From Mobula hypostoma (Eukaryota): DNA of 64,000 nucleotides. The translations under genes were made by a program, and so were the position numbers. Where the stretch lies: positions 155,374,001 through 155,438,000 of the forward strand of contig NC_086097.1 in the NCBI RefSeq assembly GCF_963921235.1, in the 5' to 3' direction. The notes under the pieces were generated by a model. The model was given only the letters and a program-made list of their open reading frames with translations. It made no database searches and was not told the DNA's origin. Positions 23,238-38,200 of the stretch are shown here, piece by piece. Positions within the stretch are counted from its first letter, which is position 1, and every line of letters starts with the position of its first letter.

Positions 23238-26200
23238 CTGAGAATATAAGAGAGAGAGAGGTAATCACCTAGTAACCAACACACCCAACATCCTTGGAGT
23301 TTTGAGTAGATTTGGCACTCCCAATAACCCTGTCCACCATCTCAACAGTGAACTATTTCTTGTTTACTTGTGCTACACACCACATGCACTTTCAACTACA
23401 TTTTATTAACTCATTTGTGTTAATACTTCGGTTTCTGTGCTACGTGTCTGATATGTTTTGTGGGTGCACCATGGTCCGAAGGAAGATTGTTTAATTTGCT
23501 TGTACATATGTATTGTCAGATGAGAATAAATTTGAACTGGAACTTTTACCTCCAATTCTCCCTTCCTAACACCCCGTTCCATTTCCCATTTTATTGTCAT
23601 TCCATTGGGACATGGGCTCAGAGCTGTGCTGGCTGTTCCACCTTTACAAGCATTGCATTGCTTGCTGGTGCACAGATTCTGCCGTCACCATTAGAAATAT
23701 GAGTAATGTGGGTTTCGGGAGAGCAGTCCCTTGCTGCCTCACTGGGGATGGTGGCATTGATCAGAAATGTGGGACTGCCTCAGTCATCAAAGACAGACAT
23801 GGAGGCTCCACCCTCTCCTCCCTGGCCAGATGTGGAACTAATATCCTAAGCCAGATGTGAAGGACCCACATTCTCCTCTCTGGCCAGCTGTAAGACCAAT
23901 TCCTTCAGCCAGATATTTCTTATTGTTTTATTTAGTCAGGGATACAATATGAAATAGGCTCTTCCATCCCACCAAGCTGTGCCAACGAGAAACCTTACCC
24001 TCATCCCAGGAATAATTAGTCACCTAACTGTGACGTCTTTAGATTGAGTGAGCAAGCTACAACACCCAGAGGAATCTCATGCACACCTGAGAAGTACATA
24101 CGTATAGGCATCTGTTAGTCTGGTGAGACCCTGGATTTGCACCTTGGAAGGTTTCCAGGGTGCAGGCCTGGGCAAGGTTGTATGGAAGACCAGCAGTTTC
24201 CCATGCTGCAGGTCTCCCCTCTCCACGCCACCGATGTTGTCCAAGGGAAAGGCATTGGGGCCGCTGCAGCTTGGTGCCGGTGTCATCGCAGAGCAATGTG
24301 TGGTTAAGTGCCTTGCTCAAAGACACAACGCGCCACCTCAGTTGAGGCTCGAATTAGCGACCTTCAGATCACTAGACCAACGCTTTAACTACTTGGCCAC
24401 GTGCCAACATGGGGAAGCACATACTGTACCCACTTTCTTAGAGAGGACGCCAGTACTGAACCTCAAACCCCGAAGCTCTAAGCTGGAATAGCTAAATTAC
24501 ATGATGTCCATCTTTTTCTCCTTGGTGAAACGTGGGATGTTCCTGCTCACTGGGACAGTGCCCCAGGTCCTGGTAGAGGAGCTTGGGATGCGACTGAAAG
24601 AGGTGGAGTGGGAAGCGGGGTGAGGAAGAGCTATTGGATCAAGGTTGGTAGGACCCAGAGAGGGAACCGGAGCATTACTGGAGTTACATACGTGGTTAGG
24701 ATGGGGTTAGAACACGTCACCCAGGACCAGCATAGCCACAGTTGGCCATGTCCTACTACTAGTCGTCTCACTCACACCAGAGCAAGTATAACCTTGTGGC
24801 CTTGGTGGCAGGGGGGATGGGGTTACAGCCCACCTGCACATTGACACCCTTGTCAGAACTACTTGTTGGTCTCAGGGCCACTTGGCCTATCATGGCTGAG
24901 TTATTAAACCTCTCAACCCCACTCTCCTGCCCGTAACTTTTGTTGCACTGATTAATCAAGAACCCAACAACACTGGTTTAAATCACCTCATGACCTGGCC
25001 TCCACAGCCATCTGATGAATGAATTCCACAGATTCACCACCCTCTGGCTGACGAAATTCATCCTCAGCTCTGTCCCACTATTCTGAGAATGCACCCTTTA
25101 CTGCTAGACTGTCGAACTATAGGGAATACCCTCTGCACATCCACTCTATCTAGTCCTTTCAAGATTCAATAGGTTTCTCGGTCTTCGAAACTCCAGTGAG
25201 TACAGGCCCAGAACCATTAAATGTTCCTCAAAAATTAACCACTGAATTCAAGAGATCATTCTCATTCTTGTGACTCACGTCTGGACGCTCTGCAATTCCA
25301 GCACATTTTCTCTTGGGTGAAGGGCCCATAACTGCTCACAATACACAAGTGTGGTCTGACAAACAACTTATAAAGTCTCTGTATCACATCCTTGTTCTTA
25401 TATTCTTGTCCTCTTGAAATGAGCTTTAACAGCAGGCTTCTCTGGCTGAGGGAGAGTGAAGGATGGGACAAAGCACACGACCCCATTCCTGGAGAAGGGG
25501 TGGGTCTCGGTGAACCAGATCTGGCTCTCTCACTGCCCAAACTCTCCACACTCTTCCCTCCACTCCTTCCAGTTTTAAAGGGGTGGGGTCTTGATACAAT
25601 ACCTTGCTGTAAGCTAGTGAATGGTAGTGTGAACTGTCCGATGAAGTCATTCCTCGAGGAGCCGGGAAAGTCCTGAGCCAAGAAATGAACAAAGGCCAGC
25701 TCGGGCATGCACACGTCGAACTGAAAGTATGTGTTCCACATGGGGTTGAAACCTGAAACAGTGAAGGGGAAGATGGGTCAGACACAATGCCAACACTAAT
25801 ACCTCCAGCATGAACATGGGTTCAAATCCAAACAACACTGGCTCAGAAACGATATTGTAAGTATGAACACAGTCATTTCCACGTGTTGATCTCAGTAGTT
25901 TCAAAAGATGCTGCTATCCAGAGCAATACACACAAAATGCTGGAGGAACTCAGCAGGTCTGGCGGCATCTATGAAAGAGAATCAACAGTCAATATTTCAG
26001 GCTGAGACCATTTATCAGGACTGTAAAGGAAGGTGGAAGATGGCAGAATAATAAAGTAGTGGGAGGGGAAGGTGATAGACAGGAGGGGTTGAAGTAAGAA
26101 GCTGGGAGACGATAGGTGGAAAAGGCAGGAGGAGTCTGATAAGGAGAGGAGAGCAGACCTTGGCAGAGGAGGAGGAAATAGGGACACCGGGGAGGGTGTG

Positions 26201-29200
26201 ATATGCAGGAGGGGAGAAGAGGGAAAGGGCCAGAGTGCGAAATTGAAGAGAAGGGAAGGAAGAGGAGAAGAAAGTTCCAGAACTTGGAGAAATCAATGTT
26301 CGTGGCATTAGATTGGAAGCTACGTAAAAGGAGTAAGAGGTGCTGCTCCACAAACCTGAAAGTGGCGTCGTCATGGCAGAAATCAAAGCTGTCAGAGTGA
26401 GTTTGTTTGGGTATGTGATTTGTTTACACTTAAATGACTTTGGCCACCAGACTTCAATTTGACAATGCGCTTCCTAAAAATGAATACCAGATGCTTCTGG
26501 CACCATAGTTTGACCAGATGCTGTAGTTTCAAAGACAGTATTACCTATACATAGCTATAGCTTTTTAAGTAGCGATTGCCTTTGTGTTTAGCATATAAAT
26601 ATCGAGCCCACATTGAGCTAGCAGACCTTTCTGCGGAAAGCGTCTCCGTCTGTAAGGTGCCTGCTGTTCCTTGTTGTGTAGAGTAAAGAAGCTGCTTTGT
26701 GTCTACCAGTGACTCTGTGTCTCCGCTGATTTCATCCATGCTACAACAGCCATGGAACAACATGTTGGAATAGGAATTAATATTGTTGGTCACTGATGAA
26801 TTCTGCTTTTTGTGGATAGAGCAGAGGTACTCAACCAAACAGTGCCCAATCTACAATAGATTTCACCAAGCTGGAGAAGGCTGCACCAAGAGGGCTGGTA
26901 ACAGCAGGTGAAGACAACAGCTTCACGGGTGGTGTTGCTTCACCCGGAAGGGCTGTTTGAGGCCCAGAATGAAGGTGAGCGAGGAGGTGAACGGGTAGGT
27001 GTAGCACCTTAGCTGTTTGCAGGAATAAATGCCTGGAGGAGATTCATGGGGAGGAACACAGAGCATAGAACAGTACAGCACAGGAACAAGCCATTCAGCC
27101 CACAGTGTTGTGTTGTGTCGAACCAGGTAAAAAGCAAATCAGAAACACCCAACCACCAATCCCTTCTACCTACACAATTTCCATATCCTTCCATCCATGT
27201 GCCTATCTGGAGGTCTGTTAAAAGCCTCTAACAATTTGTCTTTACCACCATACCAGGCAGCACATTCCAGGAATCCACGGTTCTCTCAGTAGGAAAACTT
27301 GCTGCTCACACCCCACTTGAACCTACCCCCTCTCACATTCACTGCATGCCTTCCAGTATTAGACATTTCAACCCTAGGAAACATGCACTCTTTCCACTCT
27401 ACCTACACCTATCATAATCTCATAAGCCTCTATCAGAAATTCCCTCAGCCTCTGCAGAGAAAATAACACAAGCTTATCCAGCCTCTTGTGACCGCACATG
27501 CCCTCTAAACCAGGCAGGATCCTGAGAAAAGTCTTTTGCACCCTCTCCAAGTCTCAGAGGTCACGGCACAGATCCCTATGGAACTCCACAAATTTCAGGC
27601 CTTCTGCTCCAATAAACCCCTTCAATCACAACACACTGTCTTCCATGTGCAAGCCAGTTTTGAATCCAAACAGCCAATTCGTCATGACCCCATGTATCTT
27701 AATTTCTGATTAGCCTCCAATGAGGGAATTTGTCAAACACCTCTCTAAAATCCATGTGGACAAGATCCATAGCCCTACTCTCATGCATCTGTCTTGATAT
27801 CTTGTCAAAAAAACTCAATTAACTTGGTAAGGCATGATCTGCTATGCACAAGACCATGCTGGCTCTCCCTCATTGGACATGGGTCTTTCTGCTATGCAAT
27901 AGGAGAGGTGAGAAGACAGAATGTGTTGGAAAGCCACACGGCCACAATGACAATATGCAAACTCCCATCAAGTTTCTGCTATCAAGGCTGATTTACATTT
28001 CCACTCAATCCCGTTCTCCTGCCTTTTACCCGTAACCTTTGCATTGACTGTACCTGTCAAACGCTGCTTTAAATATAACTTAGCAACTTGGCCTAAACAA
28101 CTATCTGTGGTCATGAATTCCAGATTCACCACCCCCTGGTGAAAGAAATTCCACCCAATCTGTCTTCTATAGTCATATCTCTATCCTGAGGCTGCACTCT
28201 CCAGTCTCAGACTCTCCTATTGGAAACATCATCTTCACGATCACTCTATCCAGGCCTTTAAATATTTGATAGCTTCCCCAATTTGAGATTCCCCCTCATT
28301 ATTCTAAACTCCAATGAGTACAGGCCCAGAACCACCAAACGCTTCTCATATGTTAACTCCTGACTTCCTGGGAGCATGCTGGTGAGCCTCCTCTGGACCT
28401 TCTCCAATACCAGTACATCCTTTCTTAGATATGGGGCCCACTACTACTTAGACTCCAAAGATCTGAAAAAAGTTGGACCTGGACCCACCAACTACCATTC
28501 ACCCCCGCCATGCTGGAATGACTCCAAACTTACCATTGTTGGAAACATGTGGTGTCACTTTCTGATCATTGTCGTCTTTGACTCCAAAAACCTGCACCTT
28601 CACAAGTGGGTCCACCACCGAGCTGGGTTTCGCCTTGTTTGTCTTGGGGAGTTGCTGGGCAGAGAGGACCTGTGGAGAGGCGAGGACATGATGTGAGAGT
28701 CGACTGGTGCAACAGTAACTTAATGTATTTGATGACTGGATGATATTAACAATCGAGGAACACAGAGTACAGGGCAGTTAAGTCCCTTCAGCCCACAATG
28801 CTGTGCTGACCTTTTAAAGAAGATTTAGCATTATTTGTCACGTGTACATCAAACACAGTGAAATGTGTCATCTGTGTCAACAACCGACAGACCAAGGGCA
28901 GTCTGGGGTGAACCGTAAATGTTGCCATGTTTCTGATGCCAACTCAGCATGCATACAACTTAGGAATCATAAGCCAAACATCTTTGGAAGGTCGGAGGAA
29001 ATCCATGTGGTCATGGGGAGAATGTACAAAGTCCTCAGAGACAGTGGCTGGAATTAGAACCCAATCTTACAGCAAGCACTGTAAAATGCTATGTTGATCG
29101 TTACATCACTCTGCTGCACAACCTCCCTTAATTAACTCGAAATGTAATGCTAACTAATCCCCTCTGCCTGCACATCATCCCTATCTTTCCATTCTCTGAA

Positions 29201-32200
29201 CACTAATGTGCCTATCTAAAAGCCTCTCATATCTGCTTCCACCATCTCCCCTGACATCCCGCTCCAGACACCTACGGCTCTCTTAAAAAAAAGCATGATC
29301 TGTACAAGCTGTTACGTACCCCGTAACTGGGTTGCCAAACCAGCAGAAATGGATCACTCAGTTGGAGTCTGGAGTACTAGAACTAAGAAAGTTTTATTAA
29401 AGAAACAAGCAACACAGTAATCGAAAGGATAATAAATGCAACAGTTCAGTGATGATAAACACACATGTGCACAGAATTAAGATAACAGCATCAATCAAGC
29501 TCTATCGTTGTCTAGGGGTAAATGACCAAATTTCAAAATGACTCAAAGTTCAGTTCGCAGTAATCATTGCCATGGCGATGGACAACGTGGGGGAAGAGAC
29601 AGAGAGAACAGGAACAACTGATCATTCAGAACACTGCTTCACTCACAGACCAGCGAGATGGCTCACAAACAGCTTTTGGGCGGGTCCTTGGTGATGTCAC
29701 CTGAGGTCACCGACTGTGACCCCTCCTCCAGATGCGGTCGATCCTCTGCAGTGAACCCGGCACCCAGGCAAGGGCGGACACACACCGGGTTCCCGCTGAT
29801 CGTACCTTTCCACCCTTGTCGTTGTCTGATGCTTCTCACCCACTCGTGAGAGGCGCACCGCTTCCAGGGTCTCGTTACCTCGGGTGGCGTGTGTCCCTGT
29901 CTTAGCGAACCTGTCCCTTTTTATCCCCCTGCTGGGGTATCGCCTGTCCATCACTTCAAACAGTTCAGGGTTCAAAGGGGGGGAGCCGCTCCAGACAGCT
30001 CTCTCTCCCACATCCCTTCATTACACGTCTCCAGACGCTGCTCCATTGTTCCTTATCTCTCCTTCCCCTGAGGGCAGGTGGCAGACCAACTGCTGATGCC
30101 ACTGAAGCTAGCCCAGGCCAGCAAACATCTTAATTTTATGTGTATTCTCGTAACAAAGCCCTTTGAACAGCCTCTCTCATCTTGAATATATGCCCTCTGA
30201 TAATACGCATTTTGAACAAAGGAAAAAATATTGTGTGTCCACTATCTCTATACCTCTCGTAATTTTATAAACATATCAGAGCTCCCCTCAGCCTCTGACA
30301 CTCCAGAGAAAAGCAACCCAAGTTTGTTCAACTTCCCTTAATCGTGCATGCCCTCTATTCCAGGCACAGTGCTAATGAACCCCTTCTGCACCCTCTCTAA
30401 AGCCTCCACACTGTTCTTGTGATGGGTTGGTGTGACTTGGTAGGCTGAAGGGACAGTTTTTATGCAGCCCAACCAACGGTGTTTATCCAACATTTCCTGC
30501 TCTTACCAGCACGCTCAGCTTCTTTCTGTTCAGCCAGAGTCTCATCTGGATCCTTGAGGCACACGTTGTCTTACGCTTCCTCAGGAACTTAGGCTTCAGG
30601 ATATAACCAGAGAAACCGTTGTTTCGAAATTTACTCCGGTAGATGTCCATCTCCTGCCCAAAGGTCTGAAAGTTCACGGCCACTGCAGGCATTGTGGTGG
30701 AAGTGCAGAAGGAAGAGGGTGGGGAGGAGAACCAGAGGGAGGATAGAGTGTTGTGTGGGAGAAGAGGAGGAAGGATGGGCAATGGAATGAAAGGAGAGGG
30801 TGTGCGCATGTCATTGAGAGAGAGAGAGAGGGAGAGAAAATGAGAACATTTTTAAAAACATTTCATTATCACCTCTGCACTGAATATCAGCAAGTAATAA
30901 ATGTGTTTGTAGCTGCGGTGATTACAAGGAACTGAAACAGTTACTGGGTTACCATTCTGTGTGGTATCAGACATAGTTTGGTACTGAACAATCTCCCAAT
31001 TAAAAGCCAATTGAGTTGTACACACAAACCGATCAGGAGCTGCATTGGTGTTCGGCAAGGGTGGTTGGGTGGGATGGGGAATGTACAGGCAAATTCTTGG
31101 AAAGTATCCAGGGAATCTGGGCTGACTAGGATCCTGTGCATAACCAGTGATTGGGGGTGTTAATACTTTACTGAAGCCTGTCTTCCCTGTGAGTTGGCTA
31201 TAATGGGAGAGTGTGAGTCAGGGACTCCCATCCATGACGTGGTGTGTGAGAGTGTGTATCTCTAAGGGTGTGTAGCATTTCGATTGTGTGTGTGTGTATG
31301 TGAGAGATTCAAAAACAGTTACTCTCCCCAAGATGTCAGATATGAGGTTTGCATCCATGATGGGGTGTGCGCGTGATGTGCATGCATGTCCATCTCTCTG
31401 GTGGGGGTGGGTGGGTGTGTGTGTGTGTGTGTTCGTGTTCATGTTCATGTTCGTTTTGAGCGGGTGGAGGATGGAATGAGGGAAGGTGGTCCTTACGGGA
31501 GAAAGGAATGCTGGTTGAGGTGGTAGCAGAGCCAGTCAGGAACATAACGGCCAGTATTTACACTCAATGCCTTGGCTGTGAGGGCAAGCATAATGACTTC
31601 TTCACCAGCCTCTCCACATGTGTCAGTGACCACTCGACTTGCACCTCGATGTCCCTCTACGTCAACACTCCTTAGGTCTGTGCTACATACTCTGCAAGTT
31701 TTATCGCAATTTGAGCTCCCAAAAGGCATAACCTCACACTTGTCTGTCCCCTTTGGCAGCAGGGTGGGGGACGGATGATTGAGAAAGGACCAAAAAGAGT
31801 CTAGCCTGAATGTGGTGGACACCTCTGACCTCTAACCCCAGTGATGAAGCTCCTCAAGGGAAAGCTCCCAGAAGGCTTTTCAGGGTCAAGATCAGGGAAT
31901 AAAGTCCACACCATCTGGGCCACTCCCTTTTTTCAATGCTGCCATCGGGCAGGAGGCACAGGAGCCAGAGGATGCCTCACCCCCTGGTGTAACGACAGAA
32001 GAGGCATAATGTTATGTGACTGGAGGAATAGATAGGGGTGATGTCAGAGGTAGTTCCATATTTTGCTTAGGGAATGGTGAGTGCATGGAACATCCCTCCA
32101 GGGGAGGTGGTAGAGGGAGATGCACAAGGGACATTGAAGAAGCTCTTAGAGAGGTGCATGGATGATAGAGGGAAGCAGTAGATTGACATCAGAGTGGATG

Positions 32201-35200
32201 AAAAGGATTGTACAAAGTCAGGGCCAAAGGGCCTGTGTTCTATGTTCTCGTAGCTTCTTCCCCACTGAGACCAGATGACCATATTGCATAGAGGCAGAAT
32301 TAGGCCATTGGGCCCATCAAGTGTGGTCTGACATTTCATCATACTGATCTATTATCCCTCTCAACCTGTTTATCCTGGTTTCTCCCATAACCTTTGCCTG
32401 CCATCAGTTTCATGAACCTTAGTTCTGTCTCAGACTATATTTGGCTACTTGGCAAATGTTATTTTGCTTAACATTTATTATGCCTCATGTATAACATAAG
32501 TTAACCTAAATTTATATCATTTACAGTTGTGGATATTTTGTAATGTAAAATATTACGGCTGTAAAAACTTAATTTTCATGTTGTTTATACGCACGACAAA
32601 TTGTGTTTACATAGTGCACAGAAAAACCATGCGATGCAGTCGGCTGATTTGTTTGACAGACAGGCAGGAGTGATCTAATCAGGGTCCGCTTATGATGCAG
32701 GAAGGTGAGGCAGTGCAAGATGGACATTTCCACTGCCCAATGCCGGGAGGCAAGGGTTGGGTTTGGGCGATCAGATGTTCAAAGGAAGAGCTGGCGACAC
32801 AGATGACAGGTTTACCTATCTGGTAGCCGGCGTTCCACATGTCAATGGCAGAGTAGTTCGGCGAGTCTGTCTTCCAGTCTTCTGGATATACCCTGTCCAG
32901 TTGTTGGGCATCGCACTGGAAAGTGGAGCCTGCAAACAGAAAATGTGTTTGTTGGAATATAAAGACAAAAGATTCTGTAAATGCTGGAAATTCAAAGCAG
33001 CGCGCAATAAATGCTTGAGGAATTCAGCAGGTCAGGCAGCATCAAATGAAAGGAATTAACAGTCCTGATGAAGAGCCTCAACCAACTGCTGAGTTCCCTA
33101 AGCATTTTGAGCCATCTCTCCTTGCCAAGTTCAGGCTTCCAAGCTTCCTGCCAGGACAGAAAATCTGACCATATGACATGGGAGCACAATGAGGACATTC
33201 AGCCCATTCAGCCTGCTGCAACATTCCATCGTGACTGATCTATTATCCCTCCCAATCTCATTCACCTGCCTTCTCTCTGTAACTTTTGACGGCCTTATTT
33301 ATCAAGAACCTATCTCCCTTCGGTTAAAATATACCCAGTGACTGTCTCTACAGCCATCTGTGGCAATGAATTGCATAGATTCACCACTCTCAGGCCAAGG
33401 AAATTCCTTCGCATCTCTCTCCTAAATGGACTGTTCTATTCTGAAGCTGTGCCCTCTGGTCTAGGACTCTCTCACGACTGGAAACATCCTTTCCACGTTC
33501 AGTCTATCTCGGCATTTCAATATTCGATAGATTTCGATCAGATCTCCCTCTCATTCTTCTAAACTGCAGCGAGTACGGGTTAAGAGCCATCAGATGCTCC
33601 CACTGCTCTGTGCACCCACCAGCTGATTTATGTCCCTCTGTATCCTGGGGTGACCTTCCTTGCTATCTACGATTCGAACAACTTTTGTATTGTCTACAAA
33701 CTTAGGAATCAGATCACCTACATTGATAACAGTATATTACAAACAACAGAGGTCCCAGCACCAGACCGCTTGTTACAAACTTCCAGTTGAAGGAACACCT
33801 GTTCAGCACTATCCTCTGATTCCTGTGACTTCATATGTTGTCCTTCCAGTCTTCCAACCATTCTCCCTGCAGTTTCAAATCGCCTGCATTTTTGAGTTTC
33901 TCACAGATGTTGCCTGACTTATCAATAAACCAATAAACGCACCACTGAGTACATTCAAAAGGCACGCTGCCATCAGGAAGTACCATCCATTATCAAAGAC
34001 CCTCTCCATCGAGACCTTGTTAATCCAACATATTTTTGTTAGTTCTATTGTATTTCTTGATTTTCTGTAAATGTCTGCAAGAAATTGAGCCTCAAGTTTG
34101 TACGTGTTGGGCCTACATGTACTTGGATAATGAAGTTACTTAGACTTTGACTTGGTTCACCTGTTACTTTACATTGCACAGAAACTATATTTCCTTCATC
34201 AAACATTGCTGTCATTTCACTGTAATTTATTAAAGTCAAACATTAACACTGGTTTACTCCCATCATTCCACGTTTGCAAGTAACTGCTAATTCCATCCCA
34301 GATCTTCATTTCTACAGCTTAGCTAACTATCAAGTTCAGAGAGACTGCTCTGTAGTTATTGGCTCTTTTTTTGAGAAACATGATGGAACAGATTTTATCA
34401 ACACACATAAAAAATGCTGGTGAACGCAGCAGGCCAGGCAGCCTCTGCAGGAAGAGGTACAGTCGACGTTTTGGGCCGAGACCCTTTGTCAGGACTAACT
34501 GAAAGAGAGATAGTCAGGGATTTGAAATTGGGAGGGGGAGGGGGAGATCCAAAATGATAGGAGAAGACAGGAGGGGGAGGGATGGAGCTAAGAGCTGGAA
34601 AGTTGTTTGGCAAAAGGGATACAAGGCTGGAGAAAGGAGAGGATCGTGGGACGGGAGGCCTAGGGGGAAAGAAAGGGGGAGGGGAGCCCAGAGGATGGGC
34701 AAGGAATTATAGTCAGAGGGAGAAAGAGAGAGAGAGAAAAAAAGGGAAATAAATAAATAAGGGATGGGGTACGAAGGGGAGGAAGGGAATTAACAGAAGT
34801 TAGAGAAGTCAATGTTCATGCCATCAGGTTGGAGGCTACGCAGACGGAATATAAGGTGGTGTTCCTCCAACCTGAGTGTGGCTTCATCTTGACAATAGAG
34901 GAGGCCATGGATAGACATATCAGAATGGGAATGAGACATAGAATTAAAATGTGTGGCCACTGGGAGACCCTGCTTTCTCTGGCAGACAGAGCGTAGGTGT
35001 TCAGCGAAACGGTTTCCCAGCCTGCGTCGGGTCTCGCCAATATATAGAAGGCCGCATCGGGAGCACCGGACGCAGTATATCGCCGCAGCCGACTCACAGG
35101 TGAAGTGTTGCCTCACCTGGAAGGACTGTCTGGGGCCCTGAATGGTGGTGAGAGAGGAAGTGTAAGGGCATGTGTAGCACTTGTTCCGCTTACAAGGATA

Positions 35201-38200
35201 AGTACCAGGAGGGAGATTAGTGGGAAGGAATTGGGGGGACGAATGGACAAGGGAGTCGCGTAGAGAGCGATCCCTGCGGAAAGCAGGGGGGGTGGTGAGG
35301 GAAAGATGTGCTTAGTGGTGGGATCCCATTGGAGGTGGCGGAAGTTATGGAGAATTATATGTTGGACCCGGTGGTTGGTGGGGAGGTTGGTGTGGACAAG
35401 GGGAACCCTATTCCTAGTGGGGTGGTGGGAGGATGGGGTGAGAGCAGGTGTGCATGAAATGGGAGAGATGTGTTTGAGAGCAGAGTTGATGGTGGAGGAA
35501 GGGAAGCCCCTTTCTTTAAAAAAAGGAGGACATCTCCTTCGTCCTGGAATGAAAAGCCTCATCCTGAGAGCAGATGTGGCGGAGATGGAGGAATTGCGAG
35601 AAGGGGATGGCATTTTTGCAAAAGACAGGGTGGGAAGGAGAATAGTCCAGGTAGCTGTGCGAGTCGGATTTTATATTGGCAGAGTGAAGCCTTTGAACTT
35701 GATATATTTCCAGTTTCCACTTACCTGAGTCCTGCACCAGTTCATTGAACTTGTTTTCCACGAAGGACAATATCTCATAGGAGACCTGGTTGCTCATGGC
35801 ACCCTCAATCCTGTCGGAGGGGAGGATGTTGCAGTTGATGAGCAGGCCGGGCAACTCCTTGACTCGGTACAGCTTTGCATCCTGGGAGGAAGAGGTCACA
35901 GACACACAGATTGTCCTTCCACAGTTCACTGAGCAACCTTCAGTATCAATAAGACCAAGGATATGATGGTGGATTTGAGGGAACACACACCAGTCCTCTC
36001 CTTGGGGTCAGCACTGTTCCGTCATTAAAGACTCCTGTCACCCTGTGATAATAGATTTGATTCCTTTTCTGAGCAAATCAATCTTGTTGCCAGTGAGTGC
36101 TGTCTTAGGTGTTTAGACCAGTTACAAGGTCTTTTGGAGGCTTTACTCAACCCTCCTGGGATCTCCGCACATCTCCAGCTCTGGCCAAAGTTGTACAGCA
36201 GGGAAACAGGCCATTTGGCCCATCTTGTCCATGTCACTGGATTTGCCCAGTGAGCTGGTCGCAACGGTCAGTGTTTGGCCCATGGCCCTTTAAACTCCTC
36301 CTGTCCCTATTACTTAGCAAGATGCTTTTAGCCAATGCTTATGCCCCTGCCTCAACCGCGATCTCACATAGCTCATTCTGAAAACACTCCTGGCATGAAA
36401 AAGATACCCTTGGTGTCCTTTAGAAATCTTTCAGTTCTGATCTTAAACCTGTACCATCTTGTAGTAGCACCCTCTCCTTGGGGGGAAAAAAAACTGTGTG
36501 CTTTCTCTCTCTCTATGCACCTTATTATTGTAAACTCCTCTATTAGGTTACCCCTTAATCTCATGCATTCCAGGGAATAAAATCAACTTTGCAATCTCTC
36601 ATTGTAGCTCTAGCCCCTTAGTCTGAGCAGCATCCTGGTAAATCCCTTCTGCACTCTTCCCAGTTTAATAATACAAGACCATAAGAAATAGGAGCAGAAT
36701 TAGGCCATTTGACCCATTCAGTCTGCTCCAGCATTTCATTATGGCTGATCCATTTTCCCTCTACCCCCAATCTCCTCCCTTCTCCCCACATCCCTTCATG
36801 CCGGTTTGTGCAATCACTTTGCAGCACCAACTCCAAGATCAGAATTCAATTTCGATTGCTTTCTGTAAGGGGTTTGTACCTTCTCTGTGTGAATGCATAG
36901 GTTTCATCCAGGGTGCTCTGGTTGCCTGTCACATTCCAAATAAAATGTACGGGTTGGGCTTAGTGAGCTGTGGGCATTCTACGCTGGCACTGCAAGTGTG
37001 GCAACATTTGTGGTCTGCCCTGCAAACTTTTTTCCTGATTTGATGCAAAACGTGACATTTTACTGTATGCTTCAATGTGCATGTGTCAAAAAACACTCAC
37101 CTTTAACACAACATCCCACCTCCTATGCTCAATGCCCTGACTGATGAAGGCAGCAAATTGCCTCTTTCAAAAGTTTCCTTCTGAAAAGTACTATTAACAC
37201 AAAAACATCATGCCATCTTGAAATATTTGTTCTCTAGCCAGTGAATGTGACCAGAGGACCCAGAGAAAACCCACAGATTCCACAGTAAGTGTGTATAGGG
37301 ACACCTTCTAGAGGAGCTGGGATTGAAACCTAAAATATGATGCCCCGAGCTTTAATAGTGTTGTGCTAACTGCTCTGCTACCACGGTGCACTGGCTGTTA
37401 ACACAATGACACATTTCACTCCATCTTTCTCTGGACACATGGTAAATAAAAGAATCTGAATCACTAAAGGATGGAGGGAGTGAATGAATGAGTGTGGAGA
37501 GGAAGAGGTTGAATGAGGGAGTGAGCAATCAAGGGCGAGGTGAGTGATCAAGTGAGTATGAGAGGAAGTGAATGAGAGGGAAGGAGGGAAAGTGAATATG
37601 TGAGGGAAGAGGGAGAGAAAGCGAGCATGGAGGGAGTGAGTGAGGGAGGAAATGAGTATCAGAGGGAAGGAGGGAGAGTGAGTGAGGGCGAGTGAATAAG
37701 GGAAGGAGGAGTTGATGGCGCAAGTCAGAAAATGTGGGGTCACTGGGTGAATAACTGAGCAAGGAAAAGAGAGACGGAATGAATTGGCCGGGACTGAGGG
37801 AAGGAATTCAGTGAGGTGAACGACGGAAGAGAAAGGGGACTCACCTTTTCTTGAGACTTCTGCTTTCTTGCGACCTCCTCCATTTCAGCAGCCTCATCTT
37901 CGTCCAAGGCTTCCTCGTTCTCAACAATTGTACCGATCACTCGGTTTACTCTCTTAAGCTTCACCAGGATCTTTCCCTTCAGTTCCTACATCCACCACAA
38001 GGCCAAGAAGCAACAAATCAGTCAGCATAGAGTCATACAGCATGGTAACAGGCCCTTCAGACCAACTCTTGCTGACCAAGATTCCTATTTAGAGCTACTT
38101 GTCAGTGTTTCGCCCATATCCCTCAGAACCTTTGCTGTCCATACCCCTGCCCAAGTATCATTTAAATGTTCTTCATGTGTTCACCTCTTCACCTGGCAGC

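Noticed and set aside
24330..24405. tRNA gene
   Set aside because: The cloverleaf is degenerate and continues into a SINE body.
34461..34496. Selection against active hammerheads on the gene's sense strand
   Set aside because: The core changes here are CpG-type transitions, and antisense copies (about 44773 and 53238) are equally disrupted, so neutral decay suffices.
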